A stretch of DNA of 64,000 nucleotides from Candidatus Neomicrothrix sp. (GCA_017852795.1 JAFMKU010000002.1:9221-73220); one strand, 5' to 3'; positions 1 through 9,050 are shown, numbered from the stretch's first letter. Made by a program: numbers and translations. Notes: generated from the letters alone by a model not told the origin.

Positions 1-16
1 AGCGGCCCGAGGTTTC

Positions 17-601
17 ATGCCCCCCGACGAGGGTCAGGCGCTGTTCCGGGCTGCTTCCACGTTGTCGGTGGACGGACCGATGTTGGAGATCGGTAGCTAC
101 TGCGGCAAATCGGCGGTGTATCTCGGCGCGGCGGCGCAGGCCCAAAACCGACTGCTGTTCGCGCTTGACCACCATCGAGGCAGCGAAGAGAACCAGCAGG
201 GTTGGGAGCACCACGAACCCGATCTGGTTGATCCGGCAGTGAACCGACTCGACACCCTTCCGGTGTTTCGACGCACGATCCACGATGCCGGACTCGAAGG
301 CACGGTGGTTGCTCTGGTTGGCGACTCGCCGCAGATCGGTCGGGTTTGGCAAACCCCGCTGGCGTTGCTGTTCATCGACGGTGGGCACGGTCACGAACCG
401 GCACACCGGGACTATGAGATCTGGGTTCCGCATCTGACGATGGGAGCAACGCTGCTCATTCACGATGTGTTTCCTAACCCAGCCGACGGTGGTCGCCCGC
501 CGTACGAGATTTACTGCCGAGCCCTCGAATCGGGTGCGTTCGTCGAAGACGAGGCAACCGGTTCGTTGCGTCGACTCACTCGAGTTGCCGCCGGGATCTA
601 A
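17..601 (+). CDS. class I SAM-dependent methyltransferase (small O-methyltransferase-like, Methyltransf_24-type); probably 5'-truncated by the window edge
   Basis: ORF track 17..601. The frame stays open back to nt 2. Has LEIGSYCGKSAVYLG SAM-binding loop and LLFIDGGHGHE region. Confidence 0.7.
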   Translation: MPPDEGQALFRAASTLSVDGPMLEIGSYCGKSAVYLGAAAQAQNRLLFALDHHRGSEENQQGWEHHEPDLVDPAVNRLDTLPVFRRTIHDAGLEGTVVALVGDSPQIGRVWQTPLALLFIDGGHGHEPAHRDYEIWVPHLTMGATLLIHDVFPNPADGGRPPYEIYCRALESGAFVEDEATGSLRRLTRVAAGI

Positions 602-616
602 CCCGAAGCCCGGGAG

Positions 617-1696
617 TTAGTCGCCGATTCGAGATTCGGTTTCGGCCGGGTCGATGTCGATGATGGGCGGAAGGAAGCGATGGTCGGAGAACAGTCGGGC
701 CGCTGGGCTCGTTCCTTCCAACCCTTCGGCCGCGAGAACCACTGCGGCCGCGCTGTAGGTTGATCGCTCATCGGGGGGGAACAACGCACCGTCAGGGTGT
801 ACCTGACCGGTGATGTATCGGCCGTCGGGTTCGCGCAGGGCCTGAGCGGCGGCGAACAAGTCGCGGGCGGTTTGTTCACGGCCCACACTGAGGTAGGCCA
901 ACGCGCATTCGCAGGTTTCGGCCGCGGTCACCCACGGGCGGTCGTTGACGCAGCGGATTCCGTGATCATCGAGTTGAAACGCCGCGAGCCGGTCATCAAG
1001 GTGGGCTTCGCCGACGGCCCCACTCAACACGCCGGAGAGGACCGGGTAGTACCAGTCCATGGCCCACCGTCGTTTCGGAGAAAACGCTTCGTTGCGATGG
1101 TGACGGATGGCGTACGCCAATTGTCCGAGCGAAAGTTCCCAATCGGGTCGTTCCTGACCGAGTTCTTGGGCAATGGCGATAGCGCAGCGCAACGAGTGAG
1201 CGATCGACGATGAACCGGTGAGCAACGCGAACGGCCAAGGAGATCCGTCGGGGTGACGAGCCCAGAGAATCTCGCCTCGCGGTTGTTGGAGATCAAGCAC
1301 GAACTCGATGGCCCGATCCACGACTGGCCACATCGTTTCCAGAAAGCCTTGGTCGCGATATAGCAAGAAGTGATGCCAGGTTCCGGTCGCAAGGTAGGCG
1401 ATGACGTTGGCGTCGAGTTTGTCCTGTTCGACGCTGTTGGCCAGGTAGTACTGATGCCAGGAACCGTCGGGACGCTGGATGTCCACCAGCCACTGGTAGG
1501 CCGCTTCGGCGTCGGTTCGTCGTTCGCCGATAGCGAGCGCCATAGCTGCTTCGACATGGTTCCAAGGGTCGGCGTGCCCGCCCGGGAACCAGGGGATCAT
1601 CCCGTTCGGGAGCTGCCATTCGGCGATGCTGTCGGCGGTAAGCCGAATCTCGGCGGCGCTGATCAGTCCAGGAAGGTCAGGTGCCGACATGAGCAC
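617..1696 (-). CDS. prenyltransferase/squalene-oxidase repeat protein (terpenoid-cyclase-like alpha/alpha toroid)
   Basis: 359-aa ORF with repeated QW-like motifs (RPDGSW, HPDGSPW, EPDGRY, HPDGALF). No TM segment. Its 5' end overlaps the stop of the upstream methyltransferase gene by about 14-20 nt. Confidence 0.7.
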   Translation of the reverse strand: MLMSAPDLPGLISAAEIRLTADSIAEWQLPNGMIPWFPGGHADPWNHVEAAMALAIGERRTDAEAAYQWLVDIQRPDGSWHQYYLANSVEQDKLDANVIAYLATGTWHHFLLYRDQGFLETMWPVVDRAIEFVLDLQQPRGEILWARHPDGSPWPFALLTGSSSIAHSLRCAIAIAQELGQERPDWELSLGQLAYAIRHHRNEAFSPKRRWAMDWYYPVLSGVLSGAVGEAHLDDRLAAFQLDDHGIRCVNDRPWVTAAETCECALAYLSVGREQTARDLFAAAQALREPDGRYITGQVHPDGALFPPDERSTYSAAAVVLAAEGLEGTSPAARLFSDHRFLPPIIDIDPAETESRIGD

Positions 1697-2453
1697 GTCC
1701 TTTCGAGGATCCGGACCGTTCGGTACGCAACGGCGACTTCTGGGCCTGAACGATCAGGCTTTTGCCAAGCACCGGGTTGAGGAGTCGTTCGGCTGCGCGG
1801 GTGATCCAGGGGGCACTGACGATGTCCCATTCGAGCAGCTTGTGGTAGGTCCGTACGCTCCAGTTGTCTTCGATCGCGTTGTTGACCCCAACTTTGCAGC
1901 GAAGCCACCAGTACGGCGAATGCAGGGCATGGGCCCGGTAGGAGACCGTGGGGTCTAAACCAGCGCCTTGGAGTTTCTCCCGAAGCTCGGACTCGCGGTA
2001 GATCCGGACGTGTCCGCCTTGCGCCGCGGGGGCGTGATAGTCCGAACTGAGCTTCCAGCAGATTCGTTCCGGGAAGCGGGCCGGGATGGTGACCGCCAGC
2101 GTCCCACCAGGTTTGAGGACCCGAAAGAGTTCGTCGAGTGCCGCGGTGTCGTCAGGAATGTGCTCCATGACTTCGCTGGCGATGATCTTGTCAAAAGTGT
2201 TGTCGTCGAACGGCAGCTGGGTGGCGTCACCTTGAACTTGCTGGTGGAGGAGTTGCCCGTCGAACAAGCCGTCGGCGATCAACAACGGTGCAGTGTTGCG
2301 GATGGCTTCGAGTTCGGGTCGGGCCATGTCACAGCTCACGACTTTGGCTCCTCGAGCCAACGCCTCGTAGGTGTGGCGCCCGAAACCACAGCCGAGATCA
2401 AGCAGGAGATCTCCGGCCCGAAGGCCGAACCGGTCGTAGTCAACGGTGAGCAT
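1677..2453 (-). CDS. class I SAM-dependent methyltransferase (Methyltransf_11-like)
   Basis: Motif I LLDLGCGFGRH and post-I LKPGGTLAV. Its start at 2453 touches the GT4 stop. Confidence 0.82.
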   Translation of the reverse strand: MLTVDYDRFGLRAGDLLLDLGCGFGRHTYEALARGAKVVSCDMARPELEAIRNTAPLLIADGLFDGQLLHQQVQGDATQLPFDDNTFDKIIASEVMEHIPDDTAALDELFRVLKPGGTLAVTIPARFPERICWKLSSDYHAPAAQGGHVRIYRESELREKLQGAGLDPTVSYRAHALHSPYWWLRCKVGVNNAIEDNWSVRTYHKLLEWDIVSAPWITRAAERLLNPVLGKSLIVQAQKSPLRTERSGSSKGRAHVGT

Positions 2454-3721
2454 CAGCCGGCGCTTCCTTGATGGTGGTCAAGTACCGCCCGGTACTGCTC
2501 AACGGTGCGAAGCGCGGTGTGTCGCCACGACCAGTGATTGATGACCCGTTGGCGGCCCTGTTCTCCGACTTTGGCTCGAAGTTCAGGATGGTCGAGTGCT
2601 TCTCTGATGGTTCGGGCCAGCGCGTCGCTGTTTCCGGGTTCGGTCAGGAAGCAGGTTTCGCCGCTGATGCCGGCCACTTCAGGAAGGGCTCCACCGGTGG
2701 TTGCGACCAGCGGAATCCCGCACGACATGGCTTCGATCGCCGGTAGCGAGAAGCCTTCGTAAAGGGACGGAACCACGGCAAGTTCGGCTTCGCTGTACAA
2801 CTCCACGATGCGTTGGTCGGACACACCGCTCACGAAGTTGACGCAGTCGTCGAGTCCGAGTTCGGTCATGGTGCGACTGGCGTGACTGTCGGGGCGCCGT
2901 TTGCCGATGATGGTGAGTTCCATGTGGCGTTCGGTGCGGAGTTTGGCGACCGCTTCGAGCAGGTATTTGAGGCCTTTCATGGCCACGTCGGCGCTGGCGG
3001 TGGTGACGAGGTGGCCGGGGCGGCGTTCGATGCCAGGCACCGGCAGGAACAGTTCTGGGTCGACGCCGACCGGAACGACGTGGATTCGGTCCGGGTCAAC
3101 TCCGTGGTCGGCGGCGATGTCGGATTTGGATGATTCGGAGACCGACATGACACGGGGCATTCTGCGGGCCACCTGGGTCTGCATTTTGGTGAACGAATAC
3201 CAGCGGCGTTTCCCTAGCCGTTCCCGGAAGGTGCGAGCGTGTTCGAGTTCGAGGCGGCGGTCGACGGTGATCGGGTGATGGATCGTTTCGAGGATCGGCC
3301 AGCCTTCACGCTGGAGTTTGAGAATGCCCCAACCCAGCGTCTGGTTGTCGTGGATGAGATCGAACTCGTGGCGGCGGGGGCGGAGGTGGCGCCAGGCTCG
3401 GAGGCTGAACGCCATCGGTTCAGAAAAGGTGCCGGTGGAGAACGAGAGATGCTCAGCGGCGTCGATCCAGTCGTTCCATTCCCACAGGCGCGGCTTGCGC
3501 ATGGGGTGAGGATCGGCCCAGATCTCGAGGCTGGGGAGTTCGATCAGCGGGACCCGAGGGTCGAGTTCTGGGTAGGGCGGGCCGCCCAACACTTCGACGT
3601 GGTGTCCGAGGTCGACGAGCGCCTTGCTGAGGTGGCGAACGTAGACGCCTTGACCACCCACATGCGGTTTTCCGCGGTAGGTGAGGAGAGCGATTCGGAG
3701 AGATTCGGTGGTTTCGACCAT
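2453..3721 (-). CDS. glycosyltransferase family 4 (GT-B)
   Basis: ORF track runs to 3844, but homology begins at ATG 3721 (MVETTESLRIALLTYRGKPHVGGQGVYV). C-terminal E-x7-E region is EGFSLPAIEAMSCGIPLVATTGG. Confidence 0.85.
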   Translation of the reverse strand: MVETTESLRIALLTYRGKPHVGGQGVYVRHLSKALVDLGHHVEVLGGPPYPELDPRVPLIELPSLEIWADPHPMRKPRLWEWNDWIDAAEHLSFSTGTFSEPMAFSLRAWRHLRPRRHEFDLIHDNQTLGWGILKLQREGWPILETIHHPITVDRRLELEHARTFRERLGKRRWYSFTKMQTQVARRMPRVMSVSESSKSDIAADHGVDPDRIHVVPVGVDPELFLPVPGIERRPGHLVTTASADVAMKGLKYLLEAVAKLRTERHMELTIIGKRRPDSHASRTMTELGLDDCVNFVSGVSDQRIVELYSEAELAVVPSLYEGFSLPAIEAMSCGIPLVATTGGALPEVAGISGETCFLTEPGNSDALARTIREALDHPELRAKVGEQGRQRVINHWSWRHTALRTVEQYRAVLDHHQGSAG

Positions 3722-3865
3722 GGCGGGAGCAGTTCCCCTTGGGTTGCGGCCTGTAAAGGATGCCCGTTTTTGCGGTCGTTCCCCACCGTGGCCGATCCAT
3801 TGGCTAGCGCCTTGGTTGTGGCGTTGCGGGCCGGGTCGCAGCACCAGGTTTGCTGCACCACCCGC

Positions 3866-5347
3866 TTATGCCGGGAGCTGCGTTCTGCGCAGACGATGGC
3901 GCCAGGCCACGGCCAGCACGATGAGAGCCAAAGTGAGCGCCGGCCAGGCACCAAGGGCCACGGCCGGGGTTCGACCGGTTCGGAGCTCAACCGTGTCGTA
4001 GAGCACTGCGGTTTCACTCACCGCGGTTCGTTGCCGGACGGTTCCGTCGGGTTCGATCACCGCGGAGAACCCGGTAGGCGCGGCTTGAAGCACCCACCGT
4101 CCGGTCTCGACCGCCCGCAGTCGGCTGGACGCAATCTGTTGAGTTTGCACAACGGTTAGCCAGTAGCTCGACCCGTTGGTTGGGTTGAGGAGGAGTTGGC
4201 CTCCGTTACCGATCGCATCGCGAGCTCGGTGGTCAAAGAACACTTCCCAAGAGATCGCGACGCCGAGCGGCCCCACTGCGGTGTCAAGCACCGCCGGGGT
4301 GGTGCCGGGTCGCACGTCTCGGGCCGGGAGTAAATTGCTGAACTTCTCGATCAGCGAACGCAGCGGGACGTACTCGCCGAACGGCACCAACCGAACTTTT
4401 TCGTAGCGGTCGGTGATGGTCCCGTCGGGTGATTGTGCGATCGAATAGTTGCTGTTGCTGAGATCGTCGTCGTTTCGCCTGAACCATCCGCTCACCACCA
4501 CCGCGTCGAGGTTTTGGGCCAGTTCGGTGAGTCGGCTGGTGGCTTCGTCGAAGCTGAGAAGTTCCTGTTTGCAGTTGGCCGGTTCAAGAAGCGAGCCTGC
4601 CGCGGGATGGACGACATCTTCGGGCCAGAGCACGAGGTCTACGGGCCGGTCGATGGTTTGTGAGGCGGCCATGTGGCGTTCGAACACGTTGCGGTTCTCG
4701 CAGATTTTGGCCCGAGTGTTTTGTGGGCCACCACCTTGCACGACCGCCACGTCGAGGGTGCCGACCACGGTGGTAGTGGCCAGAGATGCTTGCCCGCTTA
4801 GGGATGCCACCAGCAAGACGGCGGCGATCCCGGCCGCTCGGCGGGCTTGACGTTCTCGCAGATCAGCAACACCCACCCCGGCTAGCCCGACCAGTCCGGC
4901 CAGCAACGGTGACCCGAACAGTCGAGCCGCTTCAGCCCACGGGGTGGACATCCCGATCATGGCGTAGCTGGCGATCGGTGTTCCCCCGAACGGGTAGTTC
5001 CAACGCACCATCTCGATCAGCATCAAGGCGGCAGGAAAGGCGATCCGTTGGGCCCACCGCCGCTCGGGTGGGGTCAACACGCCAACCGCTCCGGCGCACA
5101 GCGAAAACACCAGTACCGCGGCGGGCCATCCGGCGAGGCTGAAATCGGCCATCCAGATCGTGGCGGGCGCCGACCAGCCGAGTCCGACCAGCACCGAGAT
5201 GCGAAAACGGGTTCGGGTGGGTTGCCCGGTGAGCCGGCGGTACCAGATTGCCAGCCCGATCAGGCTGAGCGGCCACCAGCCCCAAGGCGGAAGGCCCGCG
5301 GTGATGAGCAGGCCAGGCCCGATCGAGGCGAGGATCCGTCGAATCAT
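3866..5347 (-). CDS. apolipoprotein N-acyltransferase (Lnt)-like membrane protein, CN-hydrolase domain; nucleophile position reads Ser
   Basis: N-terminal multi-TM region plus a nitrilase-type domain. LVLWPE aligns to E. coli Lnt E267 and YEKVRLVPFGEYVPL to K335. VAISWEVFF aligns to ICYE, where C387 is the nucleophile. A C-terminal TM is present. Start ATG overlaps the cyclase stop (ATGA). Confidence 0.75.
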   Translation of the reverse strand: MIRRILASIGPGLLITAGLPPWGWWPLSLIGLAIWYRRLTGQPTRTRFRISVLVGLGWSAPATIWMADFSLAGWPAAVLVFSLCAGAVGVLTPPERRWAQRIAFPAALMLIEMVRWNYPFGGTPIASYAMIGMSTPWAEAARLFGSPLLAGLVGLAGVGVADLRERQARRAAGIAAVLLVASLSGQASLATTTVVGTLDVAVVQGGGPQNTRAKICENRNVFERHMAASQTIDRPVDLVLWPEDVVHPAAGSLLEPANCKQELLSFDEATSRLTELAQNLDAVVVSGWFRRNDDDLSNSNYSIAQSPDGTITDRYEKVRLVPFGEYVPLRSLIEKFSNLLPARDVRPGTTPAVLDTAVGPLGVAISWEVFFDHRARDAIGNGGQLLLNPTNGSSYWLTVVQTQQIASSRLRAVETGRWVLQAAPTGFSAVIEPDGTVRQRTAVSETAVLYDTVELRTGRTPAVALGAWPALTLALIVLAVAWRHRLRRTQLPA

Positions 5348-6009
5348 GGAATGTCGAGTTGCAGGCGATGCACGCCGCCTACCGAACCCACTCCTTTGAT
5401 CCGCACAGCCACGTCACCGTCGGATCGCACCCAACCGGGAAGGTCTGCGAAGTCACAAACCGCCAACATTTCGCCGGGTTGAGCGGCGCTGCACAACTTG
5501 GCGGCAAGGTTGACCGGTTCGCCGATGTAGTCGTCGCCTTCGAACAGCAACGCGATTCCCGTAGCGATCCCGATACGCACCTCCATGGACGTGCCAGCGA
5601 AGTGGTGGATCAGGTGGGCGCCGGTAGCGATGGTCGGCGTTGGTTCAACCCCGACCAGCATGACCCCGTCCCCCAACCATTTGGCGACCCGAACCCCGCG
5701 CTTTGCCGCAATGTTTCGGGTGACCCGGCGGAACTCACCGAGTGCCTCAACCGCGGCGTGAGGGCCGAGGCTGCGGGTGTAGGCGGTGAACCCACTCAGG
5801 TCGGCAAAGCAGAAGGTTCGGGTGACGTTGAGGTGGGTGGCGTGGTCGTCGATGGTGGTCGGTGGGGCGACCTGATCGTGGCTGGCGGCCTCCGCCCATT
5901 CGCGGGCGGGACCGGTGTCGATGGCGACGAGTGGGATCAAGATCTCGCCGGTGGGTTCACCTACGGCGGCTGGTCCGTCGGCGTGTCGTCGGGACGTATC
6001 GTCGGTCAT
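5344..6009 (-). CDS. class III adenylate/guanylate cyclase, stand-alone catalytic domain
   Basis: FCFADLSGFTAYT (metal Asp), VAKWLGDGVMLV (Lys plus second metal Asp), RIGIATG, EPVNLAAKL. Confidence 0.8.
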   Translation of the reverse strand: MTDDTSRRHADGPAAVGEPTGEILIPLVAIDTGPAREWAEAASHDQVAPPTTIDDHATHLNVTRTFCFADLSGFTAYTRSLGPHAAVEALGEFRRVTRNIAAKRGVRVAKWLGDGVMLVGVEPTPTIATGAHLIHHFAGTSMEVRIGIATGIALLFEGDDYIGEPVNLAAKLCSAAQPGEMLAVCDFADLPGWVRSDGDVAVRIKGVGSVGGVHRLQLDIP

Positions 6010-6045
6010 GTCTGTGGAGTATTGCAGGTTGCGCGGGCCAAACCC

Positions 6046-6420
6046 TCAGACCCGTTTGCCGCAAACCGGCCAGGGCTGAGCTCCGCGTTCGCTCCAGAGG
6101 GCCCGAGCCATGGCGTCCTGCCACCAGGGTTCCACATCAACCGGGTCGCTTCCGATGAGCCACGGGTAGTGCCGGTTGGCTACACCATCCCAGGTCGGCT
6201 GGTTGAACTGGTAGGCGCCCCGGTAGGTGCCTGATGGGGAGACGGCCCGGTAGTTGTCGGTGGATTCGCAGATCCGTAGCCGGTGGAGTTCTTCATTGTT
6301 GAGTTCGTGCCGGGTTGGTTCGGTGATGTCAAGGAACCAGACAATCTGCTGTGGCGTACAGGCGGCTGAAACAACGGATAAACCGAATGCAATGGCAATG
6401 AGCCATGTTTTGTTCTTCAT
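6046..6420 (-). CDS. Rpf-like transglycosylase-domain lipoprotein
   Basis: Start moved to ATG 6420 (MKNKTWLIAIAFGLSVVSAAC, lipobox SAAC), preceded by SD GAGGAGGAAG. Domain motifs: LRICES (catalytic Glu), GAYQFNQPTWD, QPWPVCG. Confidence 0.8.
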   Translation of the reverse strand: MKNKTWLIAIAFGLSVVSAACTPQQIVWFLDITEPTRHELNNEELHRLRICESTDNYRAVSPSGTYRGAYQFNQPTWDGVANRHYPWLIGSDPVDVEPWWQDAMARALWSERGAQPWPVCGKRV

Positions 6421-6572
6421 GATGGAGTGCTTCCTCCTCGGGCAAGCCCGCATCTTGGATCTCGGGATGACTCGTTCTCACGACCGCTGGTCGTGGGCAA
6501 GGGAGCAGGCGAGTCACCGATCCTGATAAGCAAGCGAGAGAGTAGGCCACTTTCGTAACACAAATGCAACAT

Positions 6573-6588
6573 TGTGATACATGTCACC
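6573..6588. promoter_or_regulatory. CRP/GlxR-like operator candidate TGTGAtacatgTCACc
   Basis: 9 of 10 half-site positions match TGTGA-N6-TCACA. Lies in the 192-nt hemY/rpf-like intergenic region, about 150-170 nt upstream of the rpf-like start. Confidence 0.4.
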
Positions 6589-6612
6589 CCGGAGTCCGGG
6601 TCCGGTTTTGGC

Positions 6613-7974
6613 TTATCCGGAGATTGCGGAGCGGCCCTGCCCGACGCAGGCAGGGAGTCCAAGCCCTCGCATTTGAGCGCCGCTGGCGGTGATTCCGGGT
6701 GCTCGCTCGGCCAGTTCGGCGTCGATGGCGTCGCAGCGCTCGAAGTGTCCGGGCCGGTACTGGGGCAACGACTGTCTCCACGGGCTTACCCGTGTGATGG
6801 GCTGACCGGTAAGCCCGACGGTCACACGGAGTTCTTCGGTGAGTGCCGCCACCAGCTCATCGGGAGCCAAGGTCAACCAGCGTTGATCATCGGTACGTCC
6901 CGCCGAAACCCGAAGCACCGCGTGCACGCCGTCGTCGTAATGCTCCCATTTCGACGATGTCCACGAGCAGGCCGTCATCAACAACCCCTGATCCCTCGGG
7001 ACCAGGAACCCGGAGCCGTCCAAGTCGTGAGTGATGCCTTCTCGCTCGACCACAAACGTGACCAGCACCGCGTCGCCGTACCCAAGTTCGGTGAGCGTGT
7101 GCGCTGCGGTTGGACAATACGGTTCGATCAGTCGGGCCGTGACCGGAGCAGGGGTGGCTAGCACCACCCGATCGGCCGTGAACGGTCCACGGGCCGTTGC
7201 GACGGTCCAACCCTCGGCCGAGCGCTGCAATCCAGTGACCTCATGGCCGAGACGAAGGTTTGGCCCCAGCGTCGCCGCGAGTGCCTCGATAAGCCGGCCG
7301 TTGCCGCCGCGAATCCCGTTGAACACCGGACCGGCTGCTGCGGCCTGCGCCTCGGTTGCCTGCCGGCGCAGCGCCTCGTCGAACCGGCCACCGGTTGCGG
7401 CAGCCGCTGCGAGTTGCGGAGCCCCGGCAACAATCGAAAGTTGGTCTGCGTTGCCAGCGTTGATCCCCCCCAGCAACGGGTCCACGAGGCGTTCGAACAC
7501 TTCGTCTCCGAGCCGGGGACGAAGCACCTCACCTACTGATGCATCGCCGAGCAGCGGAGCGGCGTCACGGGTCAACCCGGCCCGCAATTCGGCCACCCCA
7601 GCTTCGCTGACCAAGCCAGACCCGGCCACGGCGTCTGGCTCCAACGGCACACCAAGCACCGAAGGGCTGGGGATGGCCCGAAGCTGCCCATCGACCCAGA
7701 GAAAAGCCCGGCTGGTGCGAGGGGCGACTAGTTCACCAGCGAGCCCGAGTTCTTCAACCAGCCCGACCACCTCGGGGCGACGGGCCAGGAACCCGTCAGC
7801 TGCGAGATCAACCGGAAACGGCAGATGTGTACCCTCCACCGTTTCGGTAGCGATCTTTCCACCGGCTCGCTCGGCCCGATCGAGCACCACGACTTCGTGA
7901 CCGTGACGCTGCGCCTCGTGACCAGCGGCCAGACCGGTGATTCCGGCTCCGACGATCACGATTCGTTGGTTCAT
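6613..7974 (-). CDS. hemY: protoporphyrinogen/coproporphyrinogen III oxidase (HemY/CgoX type, FAD)
   Basis: N-terminal IVIVGAGITGLAAG dinucleotide fold, 453 aa, ATGA overlap with the hemE stop. Confidence 0.85.
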   Translation of the reverse strand: MNQRIVIVGAGITGLAAGHEAQRHGHEVVVLDRAERAGGKIATETVEGTHLPFPVDLAADGFLARRPEVVGLVEELGLAGELVAPRTSRAFLWVDGQLRAIPSPSVLGVPLEPDAVAGSGLVSEAGVAELRAGLTRDAAPLLGDASVGEVLRPRLGDEVFERLVDPLLGGINAGNADQLSIVAGAPQLAAAAATGGRFDEALRRQATEAQAAAAGPVFNGIRGGNGRLIEALAATLGPNLRLGHEVTGLQRSAEGWTVATARGPFTADRVVLATPAPVTARLIEPYCPTAAHTLTELGYGDAVLVTFVVEREGITHDLDGSGFLVPRDQGLLMTACSWTSSKWEHYDDGVHAVLRVSAGRTDDQRWLTLAPDELVAALTEELRVTVGLTGQPITRVSPWRQSLPQYRPGHFERCDAIDAELAERAPGITASGAQMRGLGLPACVGQGRSAISG

Positions 7975-9050
7975 GTGCGGACAGTTCCCTCACGATGCAC
8001 AAGGCGGACGATTTCGGTGAGCACCTCCGGATCCGAAGCTGGCATGACGCCATGACCAAGGTTGAAGATGTGTCCCGGGTGTCCGTCGTTGTCGGCCAGT
8101 ACCTCCCGGGCGGCCTCGGTAGCGGCGTCAACCCCGGCCAGGATCGTGGTCGGGTCGAGGTTGCCTTGCAGCGAAATACCTGATCCGACCCGGTTCCGGG
8201 CCTCGCTCAGCGGCACCCGCCAGTCAACACCGACGACATCGGCACCGGTAGCAGCCAGTTGACCGAGTAGTTCGCCGGTGGTGACCCCGAAATGGATTCT
8301 GGGTATCCCCGCGTCGGCTAGTGCATCCATCACTTTGGTGCTGTGAGGGGCGGCGTATCGCTGATATTGGCGAGGACTCAGCGAACCGGCCCACGAGTCG
8401 AAAAGCTGAATTGCCGACGCGCCATGGTCGATCTGGCTCTGAAGCGAGGCGATGGCTAGGTCAGCCAGCCGATCGCAGAGGGCATGCCAGAGCGGTTCGT
8501 TGTTGAACATCATGGATTTGGTGATGGCGTGATCCCGAGAGGGCCGCCCTTCGACCAGATACGACGCCACGGTGAACGGCGCACCGGCAAACCCGATAAG
8601 GGGCCGATCGAGTTCTGCCACCAACTGGCGCACCGTCTCGAGCACATACGGTGTGTCGGCTTCCGGGTCGAGGGGCCGCAACCGGGCCAGATCGTCTTCG
8701 TGCCGGAACGGTTCGTCCACTTCCGGGCCGACCCCAGGGGTGATCGTCAGTCCGAAGCCGATGGCGTGGGCCGGTACCACGATGTCGGAATAGAGAATGG
8801 CGGCGTCGACATTGTGGCGCCGAACCGGCTGCAACGTGATCTCGGTTGAGAGGTCAGGGTCAGCGATGGCGTCCAGAATGGTCCCGGTGCCCCGGATGGC
8901 GCGGTACTCGGGGAGCGAACGGCCTGCTTGGCGCATGAACCACACCGGAACCCGGTCGTGGGGGAGACCGCGACAGGCACGAATGAAGGGATGGTCGTCG
9001 AATGCTCCGGACACGTCGCCGAGGTTATCGCTGCGACGGCCCCAGCCCAT
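7971..9050 (-). CDS. hemE: uroporphyrinogen decarboxylase
   Basis: PVWFMRQAGRSLPEYR signature; length 359 aa. Confidence 0.92.
   Translation of the reverse strand: MGWGRRSDNLGDVSGAFDDHPFIRACRGLPHDRVPVWFMRQAGRSLPEYRAIRGTGTILDAIADPDLSTEITLQPVRRHNVDAAILYSDIVVPAHAIGFGLTITPGVGPEVDEPFRHEDDLARLRPLDPEADTPYVLETVRQLVAELDRPLIGFAGAPFTVASYLVEGRPSRDHAITKSMMFNNEPLWHALCDRLADLAIASLQSQIDHGASAIQLFDSWAGSLSPRQYQRYAAPHSTKVMDALADAGIPRIHFGVTTGELLGQLAATGADVVGVDWRVPLSEARNRVGSGISLQGNLDPTTILAGVDAATEAAREVLADNDGHPGHIFNLGHGVMPASDPEVLTEIVRLVHREGTVRT

Noticed and set aside
6421-6572. Possible ydaO-type cyclic-di-AMP riboswitch in the long leader of the rpf-like gene, an association known for actinobacterial rpfA
   Set aside because: I could not find the conserved cores I remember (GGGGACCCA, GGGGUGAAUC, CCCGAACCCG-CAGCU). 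Only a lone CCCGA and generic hairpins are present. cmsearch with RF00379 is needed to settle it.
6588-6600. Palindromes CCCGGAGTCCGGG (6588..6600) and GGGGGAGTCCCCC (49668..49680) sharing a GGAGTCC core, considered as a REP-like repeat family
   Set aside because: Only two copies are present, and both sit right after stop codons. They are more simply explained as short stem-loops or weak terminators.
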